A stretch of 64,000 nucleotides of DNA from Azolla caroliniana (taxonomy: Eukaryota; Plantae; Polypodiophyta). Both the position numbers and the translations under genes were made by a program. Under the pieces are notes generated by a model. The model saw only the letters and a program-made list of their open reading frames with translations. It searched no databases and was not told the DNA's origin. The first letter of the stretch is position 1, and each line of letters opens with the position of its first letter. The DNA is taken from positions 17,608,001 to 17,672,000 of the forward strand of contig JBHGNT010000013.1 of assembly GCA_043228905.1 (NCBI GenBank), given 5' to 3'. Below are positions 39,151 to 53,120 of the stretch, piece by piece.

Positions 39151-42100
39151 TCCATGTGTAGCCATTGTCTTACACAAGACGGGCTCGAGAAGTATTGTCA
39201 TTTTTGTTCCATCTATTTTGTATTTTGTAGCTGATATGCCATTTTACAACATGCAATGCGAATGGGAGAGTTGTATGGGGGTCCTTACAGGGGCTGAAGT
39301 TAACAGGGGAAAGCTGGGCGGAATAGTTAAAAACCCATGGTCATGGATTTATAGTGCAGGGTGGCAAGGTGTTTCAACGTGTTGGAGTTCGACCTGGCAC
39401 TAACTCTGCATTTTTTTAGGAGATATGGATGGTGGTGGCTTGCTTATCGGTCTGGCACAATTGGACCAGGCGTTGTAAGTTTGTTTTTCAACAACAAAAG
39501 CTCCCAACCGGTGAGGTGTTGTTAAATATCTAGTTTGACCTAGTATCTTGGTTGCAGGGACGACACGACTCGATTAAGGGGGAATCAGATGCATCAAAAA
39601 GAGCTCGGTCAAAGTTTTTGTTGGAATGGAGTAGTTCTCCTGTGGTGGTCAGATCATCGTTACAACCTAAAGGGAACGACCAAGCACCCAGATGGTTGTT
39701 TCCGCCAATGGTTTCCATTAGTGACCAGGAACTGTAAATATGTATAGTTGTGGTACAAGTTAATTACTATGTTAAAAGAGTTGATGGGATACTTTGGTTG
39801 TAAATGAGGGGGTGGGAACTATGATCACTTTGGTGAGAAGGCCAGAGTGAGGTTTGCCGAAATTTGTTGGTCTTTGATGTACTTTGTTTGCTAACTAATA
39901 CGAAGTAGTGTTTTTTTTGGGAAAAAAAAACTAATGGATGGTTATGTTGTTTGTAAAAAAAAACATGGACAATATGCCTTCATGATTTGATACCATGTAA
40001 AGGGATAGGGAATTAGATAGGTCGTCCTCATTTAACAGAAATATATAGATAGAAATACGTTACTTTCATGTAACATGTTGTATGTGTGAGAGGGAGAGAG
40101 AAAGAGAGGAGTATACATCAATAAAAAGGAACGTGTATCAACAACTAAATATAAGATTACAAGTGATAATCTAACGTTAAGCACTATTATTTTTAAGAGG
40201 AGTGGTTTAATTTATATAATACTTTTATGCAAGGACACTCAAAAGTTTGAATCAATTTAGTGATAACGAAAGTGTTAGTGGGATATTGAAAGTATCCACT
40301 TCATTCAATGCAAAGGCATTTCCGCTCGCTTAGAGTCAATGTTAGACTTTAAAACACACATTCCTAGGGAGTGTGTGTTCACTCATAAGGAGTCTCGTTG
40401 AGCTTGGTATCTTAATGTATGGCTATAGTTTATTGATAGATATGTAATATATTTATCGTTTGTTTGCCTTAAATTTCTACCCTTTGGAACATTTGTTAAA
40501 TTTCTATTGCCTATGGCTGCCAAATTTTGAGAACAATGTTCGCTCATATGAATGTTTGTGGTTGCATATCCACGTAGGAACCATTTCGTAACGAAGGTAA
40601 ATTTCCACATGAATGGAAATAACACATTGGGACATTGACATAAGGGGGAAACAACAACACACCTAACATTTTCACATATGACCAAACTATCCCTAAGCTT
40701 TTCTAATTCCCAAAGTTACTCTTGCATTGCTTTAGAAACTTGAGGAAATGCCCATATTTCTTAATTGACTTAAACTAAAAATTAAAATCCAATCAGCAAC
40801 AAAAATATTGAAATTGTAAGTGTCAAAGTTCATATTTGTACTAATAATCGTATTCAAAATCGTATATTACCTTGACAATGATTAATTAAAACCCAAAACA
40901 CATAATAATAATAATAATTATGATGATGATAATAACAATAACAACAACAACAACAATAATGTCATTGTTAATTTAATTCGAGACCCAATTTAAGTGACTA
41001 AAAAACTAAAGATATTTTTGCTAGCTATTTTCATTTATGGGGGATTATGGTGATTCACAAAATAAATGGGTATTTTGGTTGTTTTTTAGAAAGATATCAT
41101 CATCAAAGGATCACCATCATTATTACGTTGACAACCATAAATCACGATTTCTTGTGTACACTGTAGAGTGAGAATAAAAGGCACAAGGGATGTGAATTAC
41201 AAATTTTGTAGGAGCCTTGTAAGAAATTACAATGTGATAAAAAGTTAAATAATGAAGAAATATAATGTCATTGAGGTAACTCCTCAATGGTTCTCATTGT
41301 GAGAATCCAATAGGAAGAAGTGCTTCTCATATGTCATGCAATAAAGTGTTAGAAGTTAAAACATGTTCAATCATTCTACAATATGAAATGCCATTGGTTT
41401 AATGATCCTCACATCCATTCGAAGGAACCAATGAAATTAGAATCCACTTCACAACCTTTGGTTACCATCCGTGTGTGAGCATGCTATAGACTTGTTTATG
41501 ATTTCTTAATTCTTGATAATCAACTTTGCTTTGATATCTAGCTTTAACTAGAGACATCGATTGATAATAAGTTAGTGATGGTAGTGATTGACATGATATG
41601 TATGTGCACATACACACACATGGAAGAAATATAGCTCCATGAGATGAAATGGTTGACATGAGGATGTTGACGTTGTGGTTAAGATATACGCATCTACACA
41701 TTCTTTGGACAACATCTTATGAGTGGTCCAAACAAAGTTAATGAAACCAATTCACATACAAAAAAATTCACTTGGTGTGAAGATTTTTCTTGGATAAAAA
41801 ATTATTGGGATTCAACAAGGGGAATCATGAGTTATATATATATCACAATTCATTCCTCAAGGAGACAATATTCACAATGTTCCAACATTTGTACATGGTT
41901 ATATTCAATTACACAATCCTTAAGCTAATTTAGATAATAACTATTAATTGGAATATGGGAGGACCATTAAACGAGCTCATTAGTTGAGAAATTATGAAAT
42001 GCATAACGAGATGAATATGTATCTACTTTTTAAACGAGTATATTTATGCTCAATGCATTAGTATTTCTCTACTTCGATACGTTAGAAAACAATCATATTC

Positions 42101-43769
42101 TTTTTCACACAGAAAAAAACTAGAACAATCATGGTCTTCAATTAAGGATACATATTTTACGATTGCATGTCCTGACTCCTACATCGAAATACGTTGGCAA
42201 CAAAGATAAAGCATCAAAATGGCCACTAAGCTTTGCTACATATATGGACGTAAGAAAGAAGATACAAGGATGAAAACAATCAACCTGATGATTATGTAGA
42301 TTACCATCATTGAAGCTCCTCATGCAAGTGAATGAGGTGATATGAAAGCAAAAGAATAGAAGGTGAGATATATTTCATGTAAAATCTACAATGTTTTTGT
42401 AAACCTCATGGAAACTTGTGCACTTTATCCTCGTTATGAGAAGCTACATTGTCTCTCACCACCAATCGGAAAATCTCTCCATTTCAAATACAACAAAGTG
42501 CTAAACACCAAAACATATTCAAAAGTTGTAAAGTCATGTCATATAGAACATTGGTGGTTACTGTAACTTCTTGTAGCTTACAGCCTCCACATCCATTGAA
42601 ATAACTCGGGAGGAGACTAGAATTGAATTCGCAGGTGTGAGCATTCTTCGCCAATGGCTTTGATGTCTTATTGTAAATAGTCAACTTTACACATTCGTAC
42701 ATGTATGGGTGCGTGTTGACAGTTCTAGGACTTTCAACATCCAACAAGATAATAACTTATAATTTCCTAGTGATGGATGTGATTGACACGATGTATGTGT
42801 GTACACACATATAGAAGAAGAGATAGACGTACATGAGATGAAACAATTGACACAAGGAAGCCTTCATAGAGCCCTTCGTGTACACATGTAGATATTCTGT
42901 TTGGTGACATCCCATGTTTGGAGTGGCAAAATTGATGATTCTGAAATTGCGTCATGTATAAGATTTCATTTGAGGAAACTACATTCTTAGATTACAAACA
43001 TTCGAGATTCCACAAGGTGGAAAATATCAAAATGCAATATCATGCCTCCAAATGACATCACTCTCAAGTGTCTTGACATATCTAAAATGTATGGACATGG
43101 TCAACACATTTGCGAGATTCAACCAAAACAACTTTAAGCTAATTGAGGTATTAAAGCTTAGTTGCTCTACAAATGGGAATTTAAACTATCTCAATGCTAG
43201 CTTATTTGTTTGTAATGCGCCAAAGTGCACATTGAGACAAAAAGGAATCTATTTTTTGAAAGCAGCTTTTCACATTCAAAATGGGAGAATTCTCTAGTTT
43301 GAGAGGTTCAAGAATAGCAATGCACGATGGAAGCTTATGTGGGACACATGTTCGTCATTTAGAAATACACTAGTAGGGTTGGAATTGAAGCTCAAACTCT
43401 AAGGCACATACATACTTATGGACATAGATAGATGGAAAGGAGATCTCAAGGACATCGAGATGGTCACCACAACAATTACAAGTAAAGCTTCATTTAGGAT
43501 CTTTAAAGTTGTATGGCGAAAAGAGCTCCTCTTTTAAGCACTGGAAAGCCCTCTTTTGAATGCTGGAAAGCACGTTGCATGTAAAAGAAAAGCCGTAGGC
43601 CCGACACAAAAATGGACATTATAAAATTGTAGGGAGAGACCACATTAACCATCTCTACCATGAGATGAACAAATATACACACAAAAAAACACAAAGCCGA
43701 TTCTTTGGGCTTGATGGTAGCCGTATGCTAACTATTTTGTCTCTTCGTAACCAACATGTATCCTTCACT

Positions 43770-43806
<37 letters not shown>

Positions 43807-43851
43807 ACACAATCTCTCTCACATAGACTTTGCTGTGAAACATATTAAGTT

Positions 43852-43885
<34 letters not shown>

Positions 43886-43927
43886 ACACAATCTCTCTCA
43901 CATAGACTTTGCTGTGAAACATATTAA

Positions 43928-43982
<55 letters not shown>
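43770..43982. repeat. (CT)n/(CA)n microsatellites with a roughly 80-bp local duplication
   Basis: Directly visible. Confidence 0.9.
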
Positions 43983-43984
<2 letters not shown>

Positions 43985-44508
43985 CCAATTTTGGTCTTAG
44001 AAGACGTTAATATTTCTTTCTTTCTTTCTCTCTAAAGACAGATTAGAGACATCGGTGGGATGCCTTGTGGGCCAAAGTCAAGCTTCCTAAAGCACAATAA
44101 TATAATCGAGATGGGGCTTTTGGAACGAGTCAATATGACCAATCGTGCCTTCTATCGCTTTTCCATTTTATATTTACTGTTTCTTAATTCTATTCATTGA
44201 ACAAGTTAACGAATATTGGTCTCCTAAGCAAGCCTCTTTAATTATAGAGCCATTACGATGCATACTCTTCGTTACACTCACTCACTCAAACACAAGGGCA
44301 TCCACGCACACAATCTGTCTGTCTCTCTCACACGCACATTTTAGATGTAATCTCTTGTTTAGTGTTATAGGCCATTTTTGCTTCTTAAAAGACCTTAATA
44401 TATCATTCCCTCCCTCCCTCTCTCTCTATAGTCAATAAAATGTTACAAATTTGAACTACAGATAACCCCCAACCCAACGCACTTTCTAGTAAACAATTGT
44501 TAAAAAAG

Positions 44509-44869
<361 letters not shown>

Positions 44870-45273
44870 TTTAGCAATGCATGATAGAGGAAAGCAAGAG
44901 CTGAGATCCATAAAGAATATGTATTTACACCTCTCTCTCTCTCTCTCTCTCCATGGATGAAGCCTCCTTTTCTTTTAATTTTTTCATAATACTTTAAAGA
45001 AATGTATCCTCTCATCACCACCCATTGTTTATTTTTGTTCTTAAATCTCTCCCAACTCCTCCTCCCTTTTTCCAGTTGCTTAGCAACAACCCATTATAAT
45101 CAAATCACTCAACCATGTGATTGATCAATGATAACATTACCACTACAATCATCACCATCATCACTCCATCAAGAGCTCTGTCCCTCTCTGGCTCTACCTC
45201 TAGCTCTAGCTCTGGCTCTACCTCTCAATTAGCACCCTTCATATACATATGCACTACTACTAGTACTAACTAG

Positions 45274-48200
45274 ATGGGAGATCTTGGCCATCATTTGGGT
45301 TCCAAGGGGTCAAGAAGAAACCCTGCATCTATGGCCACCACCGCAATCGGGATCCTCCTCCCGGCCATCGTCATCATCGGCTTGTGGGCGCCATCGGGGG
45401 CAGCTGCGGCCGCGGCCGACCTAATGTCCGATGGCGATGCTCTGCTCGCCTTCCTCCGCGGTTTGGACTCCTACAACCAGAAGGTACTGAACAATTGGAG
45501 CAATAGCAGCAGCCCATGTACATGGGTAGGTGTGACCTGCAACAAAGATGGAGACAGGATTGAAACCCTAAGGCTCCCTTCCTCAGGTCTCCATGGAACC
45601 ATCACCCCTTCCACACTTGGCTTGATCTCCAGCCTAACCGTGCTTAGCCTCAGATCAAACCGTCTCTCTGGCCCTATCCCTGCAGATCTCGCCACGCCCA
45701 CTCGCTTGAAGAAGCTCTTCTTGCAGCATAACCTCCTCACTGGACCCATCCCTGCTTTCAATTCCACCCTCACCCCCTCTCTCAATGTCATCGATCTCTC
45801 CTTCAACAGCCTCACTGACCAGATCCCCACCTCCTTCTCTACCCTAACCCTCTCCATACTTCTGTTGCAGAACAACTCCCTCTCGGGGAGTATCCCCGAC
45901 GGCATCAACACAATTAGCCTAATGCAATTCAATGTGTCTAACAACAAGCTGAGTGGGGTTGTGCCGGCGGGGCTACGGGCCTTTCCCGGCACATCATTCA
46001 GTGGAAACAACGGCCTTTGCGGGCCACCGACGGACAACGGCCAGTGTGAAACCGAAGCCCCGACCCCGACCCAGTTGGCATCGGATGAAGGGAATGGGAA
46101 GGTTCTGAGCAAGCTGGATTTACTGTTGATAGTGTTGGCAAGTGTGATGTGTGCATTGCTGCTCATCTCATGTTGCTTGATACTGAAGCTAGTGCAGAAG
46201 CAAAAGAAGCTGGAGAGAGGGAGAGCAGATAGAGGGTTTGAAGGTGAGGTAGGGACAGGGGTAAAGAAAGGAGGAGAGGATGAGAAGGCCAAGAAGAAGA
46301 AGAGGAGGAAGAGCAAGAAGAAGAGTAGAGGAGATAAGGAGGAGACACAAGGAGAAGAAGAAGAAGAAGAAGGAGAAGAGGAGGAGGAGGTGTACACAAA
46401 TGACAGTGTGAACAAGATGGTTTTCTTTGGGTCAGAGCAGCAGGGGAGGTTTGATCTGGAGGATTTGTTGAGGGCCTCAGCTGAAGTGTTGGGCAAAGGG
46501 AGCTATGGGACCGTGTACAAGGCGGTGCTCGAGGACGGCCACACGCTGGTCGTGAAGCGGCTGAAGCACGTGTCGGTCGGCCGCAAGGAGTTCGAGCAAC
46601 ACATGGATGCCGTGGGCCGCCTCCGCCATGCCCATCTCCTCCCCCTCCGCGCCTACTACTTCTCCAAAGAAGAGAAGCTGCTTGTCTATGATTACCTCCC
46701 CCTTGGGACCTTATCAAATGCCCTCTCTGGTAAATCACCCAAGAAAAACACACACAAAATCCCTCCTATTACTCCTCCTCTAATCTTTTCTCCATTTTAA
46801 TTTGTTCCTTTTTTTTATGCTCTTTGTTTAGGGTTATGTATATTACCCTAATTTTGGTAGATGTAGTAGGTAGGGGCTGAATCCCACCAGGTTCCAATCT
46901 CACTCACTAAATTGCACACTGCTTTGACAAAACATGGCATTGTTGGAATGTAGGGGGGTTTGACATAACATTTGGCCTTTGGTTAATGCCCATGATCCTG
47001 CAGGCCTCTCCAATTGAGTCAGAGAAGCCTCCAAGTTTGGATCCTCACACTATGGGCTTGGATAGACCGGTTGCATTTGGCCAAAGATTAGGAGAATTAA
47101 GCATAGAGATAGTAGACTCATTTGCATCAGCACCAAGTTTAGAGCCATGGATGGTTTTCGTTTTAGCGGAGGATAATCATGACCAAGGGTAGAGACGGAA
47201 TATCTGATCCTGGATCAACAATTGCTAAGGTTAGAGATAGACTTGAGTCAGTCTGCATCTGTTAAACTTAGACCCATTTAAATGGCTTTGGCTTATCTCC
47301 ATTCACAATGTGGATACCTAGATATGGTTTTAGACATGAGACTTAAGGTTTATGGATATATGAGGGCTTTCCTTCATTATCCTTCATTGTACACCCTTTA
47401 GGTTCTGGTTTGCTTGAATCCCACATTAAAGTACATGCATATTTAGATGAAGGCCCTATGTGTAGAATGGGATTGGTACCCCATCGAGATGTTAGTTAGT
47501 CCGTAAGTCTTGGATTTGATTACAATCCGAGCATTGGTTTGGGTAATGATGGCGATAAATTCTTAAGGAGTTTCCTGAGGGCGAGGACTCTCCAATGACT
47601 CGTTCGAATGCTTAGTGCGAACGAGATCTCAAGATTCGGTCCTCAAAAACATGTTGCTAGTTCTAGGTTTCATAATAATCTAGGTTGTATATTATCCACA
47701 TACCCAATCCTTTATTATACATTGAGGGGAGTTTCCTCGAATGTGACCGCTAAGATTGGGGTGCTTAAAATGTGAACCTGAGTTTCAACCCTCACCAAAC
47801 CCTGACTCTCTAGCAATATATTTATCACTCTCTTGATCATCCTCAAGAAGATGAAGCTTCATCATATTCAAGGCCTAAGTAATAGTTGCCAATATAAGTA
47901 ATAATAGTGTCCCCCCCCCCCCCCCCCCCATTTGGATATATGGGTCCACAATGGCCACTTCACTATGGGGGAGTCCACTATGCCGACATGTACCCATGGC
48001 ATATCGTATCTATGTACCCAAACCAAACTATTTCCATCCTCATAGTGTCCCTGTCAAATGGCATTGTGTAAAGAGGTGTTGCCCAAATTACATTTGTATG
48101 CCAACATGGGTTTCATTCATTGGAACCTATATTTTACGTCTATCCCTCGAGAAACTCAAATATATCGCTTTAATCTGGACACTACCTTAGAAACTCACAC

Positions 48201-49725
48201 TATTAAAGTCTTTGATTGTACCGAAGCTCAAATTGTCTCGGTTATCGCACTTTGCGAAACCAAGATGATATGAGCGACCAAAAACGAAAATTTCAAAATG
48301 TTAGCGTGAAGTTCACTTCCTACCTACTTTGAAATAAAGGCTAGTGGCACATCTTGTTTAAAAGATAATTAGAAAAGAACATGGGTGGCCATAAATAGTA
48401 CCAAAAAAGGTAGAGTTGAAGATAAAAGGATATTGTTAAGTAAAGGTGGCAAGCTTGATGAGAATGCGCGGTGTTGGTTCCACATAAAAAAAAGTGAAGC
48501 ATTCGAAGGTTCACCAATGCATATGCATGCCAAGAGAGCTTTGCTATGTAACCTTTATTGTACCATGAACGGTAATCCTAACTTTGTCCAATAAATTAGA
48601 TAGCAAATGCATGTCGTACCTTTTCTTTTCCTTTTCCCAAAACTCTTTATCGTAGTCTCTCGTATTCATTAAAGATTGTTGTTTGTTTTTAAGGTGTTTT
48701 TTTTGAGATAATCACCTTTTCTATCCATGCATTTTCTTTCTTGACTTCTAGACAAAAAGACATTGAAGGGAAAAAAAGGAAAATTTTGCTTTTAAAACAA
48801 GCCATGAATGCGAAGACATTGCCATGCAACAAAGTGTTGTTCTATCTACATTTGATAACATATACTTGTTAAGGGAAATTGATGAAATGAGAAAATCTTT
48901 ATATAATACTTGTAGGCATGCTTTCCGCATTTATGATCTAATATACAATCGTTTTGGCATTAATGCATTTTACATTGTCCTATTGCAATGCAATTTACTT
49001 TGTTAGCTATTCAATATAAGGTAAAGTTTAATACCCCCTTTGAAATTGATTCATTCTCCAAAGGTAGGCAGCCAAATCCATGTGATGGAGAAAACTATAA
49101 AGACGTTATAAAGAAAAATAGAAACATGTATATGAAAGCGTAGCAAATATTGTGCATCATCTTTGGAACTTAGTGTAGTGGCAAAATAACACAAATACCT
49201 ATTACAAACATTTGTATATATGTATATAGCTTTCCATTATAGTGAGTGATTATTTTGTCAATAGCTGTTTACAGATTGCCATAAGGAAACAATGTGATAA
49301 CTTCGTGCTCACGAGGCTTGGAGACTTTAGCCATATGGATGACATTAGTGTCCTAATCAAGCTTTGCATGGGTTGTCGTGTGTTGATTTGATGCCCGTTA
49401 TGAGGACTTTTATGTGCTGATAATCCATGTAGAGTGTTTTAAATATTATTCTTTGCTAACTCCGCGAATAGTTGCCTCGGTTTAGTCAGAGCCTTTTACA
49501 TGACATGGTGTGGGTTTTGTTTTTAAACATCGTGAAATTCCATTGGATTGGAAACCATTAAAGCATCCCTCATGTTTGATGTGTTGGATAGAAATCATAA
49601 AGCATGATTAAAGTGTCACTGCATTATGTTAGAGCTTAAATAGGAGAAACTAGAGGTACTAGAGATAGACATGCCCCATCACACTATTGCTTGAGAGTGC
49701 CATCTAGACCTATAGGAAATGGGCC

Positions 49726-49756
<31 letters not shown>

Positions 49757-50511
49757 CAAAGCTACTACCCAATCTCACTTTCTTTTGCCAAATGGGCCGA
49801 TATGACTGTGGTTTTGTTTTTTGGGTCAAAAAAGGTTCCCCCAAGAGAGAGCTGGACTGGGACACACGGCTCAAGGTGGCGGTCGCGACGGCAAAGGGAT
49901 TGGCGCACATCCACGCGGTCGGGCCGAAGGTGGCACATGGCGCGGTGAACGCGTCCAATGTAATGCTGGACGAGACGGGGAAAGGGGCATACCTCGCGGA
50001 CTACGGCATTTGCGGCCTATTCAGCTCCAATGTAGGGGCAACTCGAATGGCAGGCTACAAGGCGCCCGAATTGGCCGGGGGCGTGTCACACGCGGCCGTG
50101 GCCAGCCAGAAGGCCGATGTTTACGCGCTCGGGGTGGTGCTCCTCGAGCTCCTCACGGGGAAGGCCGCGTGGCGCACGGCGGCCGAGGAAGGGATGGAGC
50201 TCCCGAGGTGGGTCCACGCGGTCGTGAGGGAGGAGTGGACGGCCGAGGTCTTCGACCCCGACCTTCTCCGCCTCTCATCCACGGTCGAGGAGGAGCTTGT
50301 ACAACTCCTCCACTTGTCCCTCGCGTGCGTGTCGCCATCCCCCGACAAGCGGCCCTCGGCCGTCGAGGTCATTGATGGGCTTCTTCAGATCCGTCCCGCC
50401 GCCCGCACCCCGACCCCGTCCCCATCCCCGCCTCCTTCATCCCTCTCTTCCTCCTCCCCCCAACAACTGGCTCCTCCTCCTCCTCTCACCTCTAGTGATA
50501 TCCCCCCTTAG
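45274..50511 (+). CDS. LRR receptor-like kinase, LRR-III/RLK902-RKL1-like, probably catalytically inactive (about 710 aa); exons 45274-46729 and 49835-50511
   Basis: Signal peptide, LRRNT (CTWVGVTC), about 5-6 LRRs, GNNGLCG, TM, FDLEDLLRASAEVLGKGSYG, VVKRL, and a phase-1 intron G|GTAAAT..AAAG|GT at the usual position. Catalytic loop HGAVNASN lacks Asp; DYG; VREEWTAEVFD. Confidence 0.93.
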
Positions 50512-50585
50512 TGATCCGAAAAAAACCGACTCTAATGATGTCCCCCCCCATCCTAAGTTTGCATATGTCTTTGTCCATGGTAGCC

Positions 50586-50682
50586 AGTGACATTGACACT
50601 TTGTTCTCGAGTGGCATTGACACTTGTTATCGCGTGACATTGACACTTGTTCTCTCGAGCGACATTGACACTTGTTCTCGAG
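50586..50682. repeat. About 22-bp tandem repeat x 4 just after the RLK stop
   Basis: CATTGACACTT(T)GTT repeated four times. Confidence 0.85.
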
Positions 50683-52599
50683 CATCCGCTCGATGCCCCT
50701 CCGCCCCCCCAAAACACGCCCCCCTTCGTCCACACGTACTCTTGCTAATCTACATTGAGAGATGCACTTGCTTTTTAGCACCAAGTTAGAAAGCTCATTC
50801 TCAAGGAAATTTCTCTCTCTTTCTCTATATATGTATATCATATATGTAATCTCTCCATATTTTGAATTTTACATTTATTCTCTCTCCTATGCACCCCATA
50901 CACATGCTTTGTCCATCTCTTAGAAATAACTATCTCTTACCACAAACTCTTTATTCCAAATCAACATGCCTTCATAAAGATTGTTTCTACTCCAATCTCC
51001 ACTCATTATAATGCTATTGTTTCTATTCATTTTATACCCATGCTCTGTCTCTTTTCTCTTACCTTCATTCCAAGAGATGCATCAATTTTGAAGTTACATA
51101 ACACCATACAAGTTAGAAAACATGACATAGTTACTACATGTTAGAAAACATGGCGTAGTTTAGAACCAAATCGATGACTAACAAAAACTTGAAAAGCAAG
51201 TGTTTTCTTGCCTTTGTATCCAATTATTCATTTCTTTTAGAAATTTCATCACTTGTCTACGCTCGCTTTTGTGTGAACTTGATCTAAATGACCACTCCAT
51301 CAATTTTTTGACCATTGACACTCGCAATTTCTTATTCCTTCATGGCAAAATCAATATATCAATTGAAACATTTTTTTATATGACAATTCAATCGATAAGT
51401 TGAAGTATTTAATTTTGTTTCACAATTGTCATGTTGATCACCGGTAAATGTTAACTATTGAAGCTTGTATATTGCACTTCATTTAATGACAACTTGTCAT
51501 TTTCATCTAACATTGTTGTCTATCTATCATTTTATTTTTCACCAAGAGATGCACGGACCTTCTTACTACTTACACTTTGAATTGATGACATATTTTTCAA
51601 TTTCGTTTTTTAATTGTGATGGCATGTTCCAATTTGTATTATATGTAAATCAATTAGATGCAAAGCTTGGACTCTATGAGAGATTCACGATCCTTGCACA
51701 TGTTACCATGTACTTTAGAAATCGTCATTTAGAGGCTCAATAACCAATATGCATATTTACATGGTTTCTAAGCCATCATGAGGACATTCAACCACTTTCA
51801 TATTGTGGACAAAATAATTATTCAGCTAGACCTTGTGATATAATTATTCGAAAGAGATATTATAACCGCTTCTTCCTTTTCTTTGTGTAGAAAACATAGT
51901 TATTCAACGTTGCACAGATGCCATAGAAATAAAATAACGATGGGAACGTGATAGTATCAATGTTAACCGTTTACGTTCCATAACACATGTTCTATTGTGA
52001 AAGCATATGTCAACCAAGTTGGATTGTCTTGATTTTCTAGACAGTCTTCGTTGTTACAATGAAATAAATTAACAACGAATGTATTTGTCTAGCTTCAAAT
52101 AATTGCTAATGAGAGAAATATGCAATAAGGTTCGAGTTGTTATGTCAAAATGATTGTTTGGGATTTGTGCCAATTTGGACCTTAGATTTGTCTTGCTTTG
52201 AGGCTGTTCATTGATATTACACAAACTTTCATGATATGCTTCACTAACAAAACTTTAACCATCATTCCATACAATTGGTTAACATGCGGTGGCAATCCAC
52301 CAAATTTAAAGAAGCATAAAACTCACTAAGAATGTAATTTTTATACATGTATGTGTGTGCAAGATATGGGCCTTCTTAAATTCATTATTGTTTTCTTCGA
52401 AGGGTGATAGTTGCCCACATACCCACAACTATTTAATTCGACAAAAAAGATTGGCACAGAGACCTTTGGTATGGAGACAAGTATCTAGTTTGTACAAGCA
52501 TGTATATTTAGATTGGGCTCATAATTATTATTTGTGTAAACTTACCTCCCATTTTAATTCCTCATGATGGGAATCCTTGTATTCTTTGGATGTTCGCGA

Positions 52600-53120
52600 G
52601 TCTGTATGGTGACAAGATAAAGTTAATAATAAGCAAATAATTTATAAAGTTTGACTTGATTTCATTTGTGCCACACACTCATAGAACATGATCATACACC
52701 CGTTTTATTTATGAATTAGGTGATTAGACATAGCTCAAACTTTAGCTCCTCATGATGGAAACCTATATATTGTATTTCTATTGAATGCCATGACCTTTGT
52801 CGAGAGCACACTAATACAAGCAAAGGATTTGAATAAAGTTTGACTTGATTATTCTTTAGCACTTGCATACACGATGGCTCACCGAGTTATTTACACCTTT
52901 GATATTGTAATAATCTTGATCATATTATATCATATATGTAATATTCGAGTGATGTCAACATGTGCCAAGACGAAAACTGATAATAGACAAATGATTCCAT
53001 AAACTTGACTTAGTTATTTTCATTTTACACCAACTAAATCGTACTTTATTTAGTGACATCACATGCATAAAGAGGAAACTAGTAACAAGTAGAGTATTTC
53101 ATAAAGTTTGATGAATTGGT
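52600..53120. repeat. Old diverged dispersed/tandem repeat x 4
   Basis: TAAAGTTTGACTTGATT-like core at about 52644, 52834, 53000 and 53102. Confidence 0.5.

Noticed and set aside
40300-40395. Hammerhead-like (CTTATGA...GAAA on minus) or group I P7-like (AGACT/AGTCT) reading of the hairpin cluster
   Set aside because: Core nucleotides and stems do not match the consensus well enough; kept only as an unassigned structured region.
45471-46753. 341-aa and 196-aa antisense ORFs
   Set aside because: They are shadows of the RLK exon 1 coding strand.
49726-49834. N-terminus of the 261-aa ORF (MYIYIYIY...)
   Set aside because: Intronic (AT)n read-through; the exon starts at 49835.
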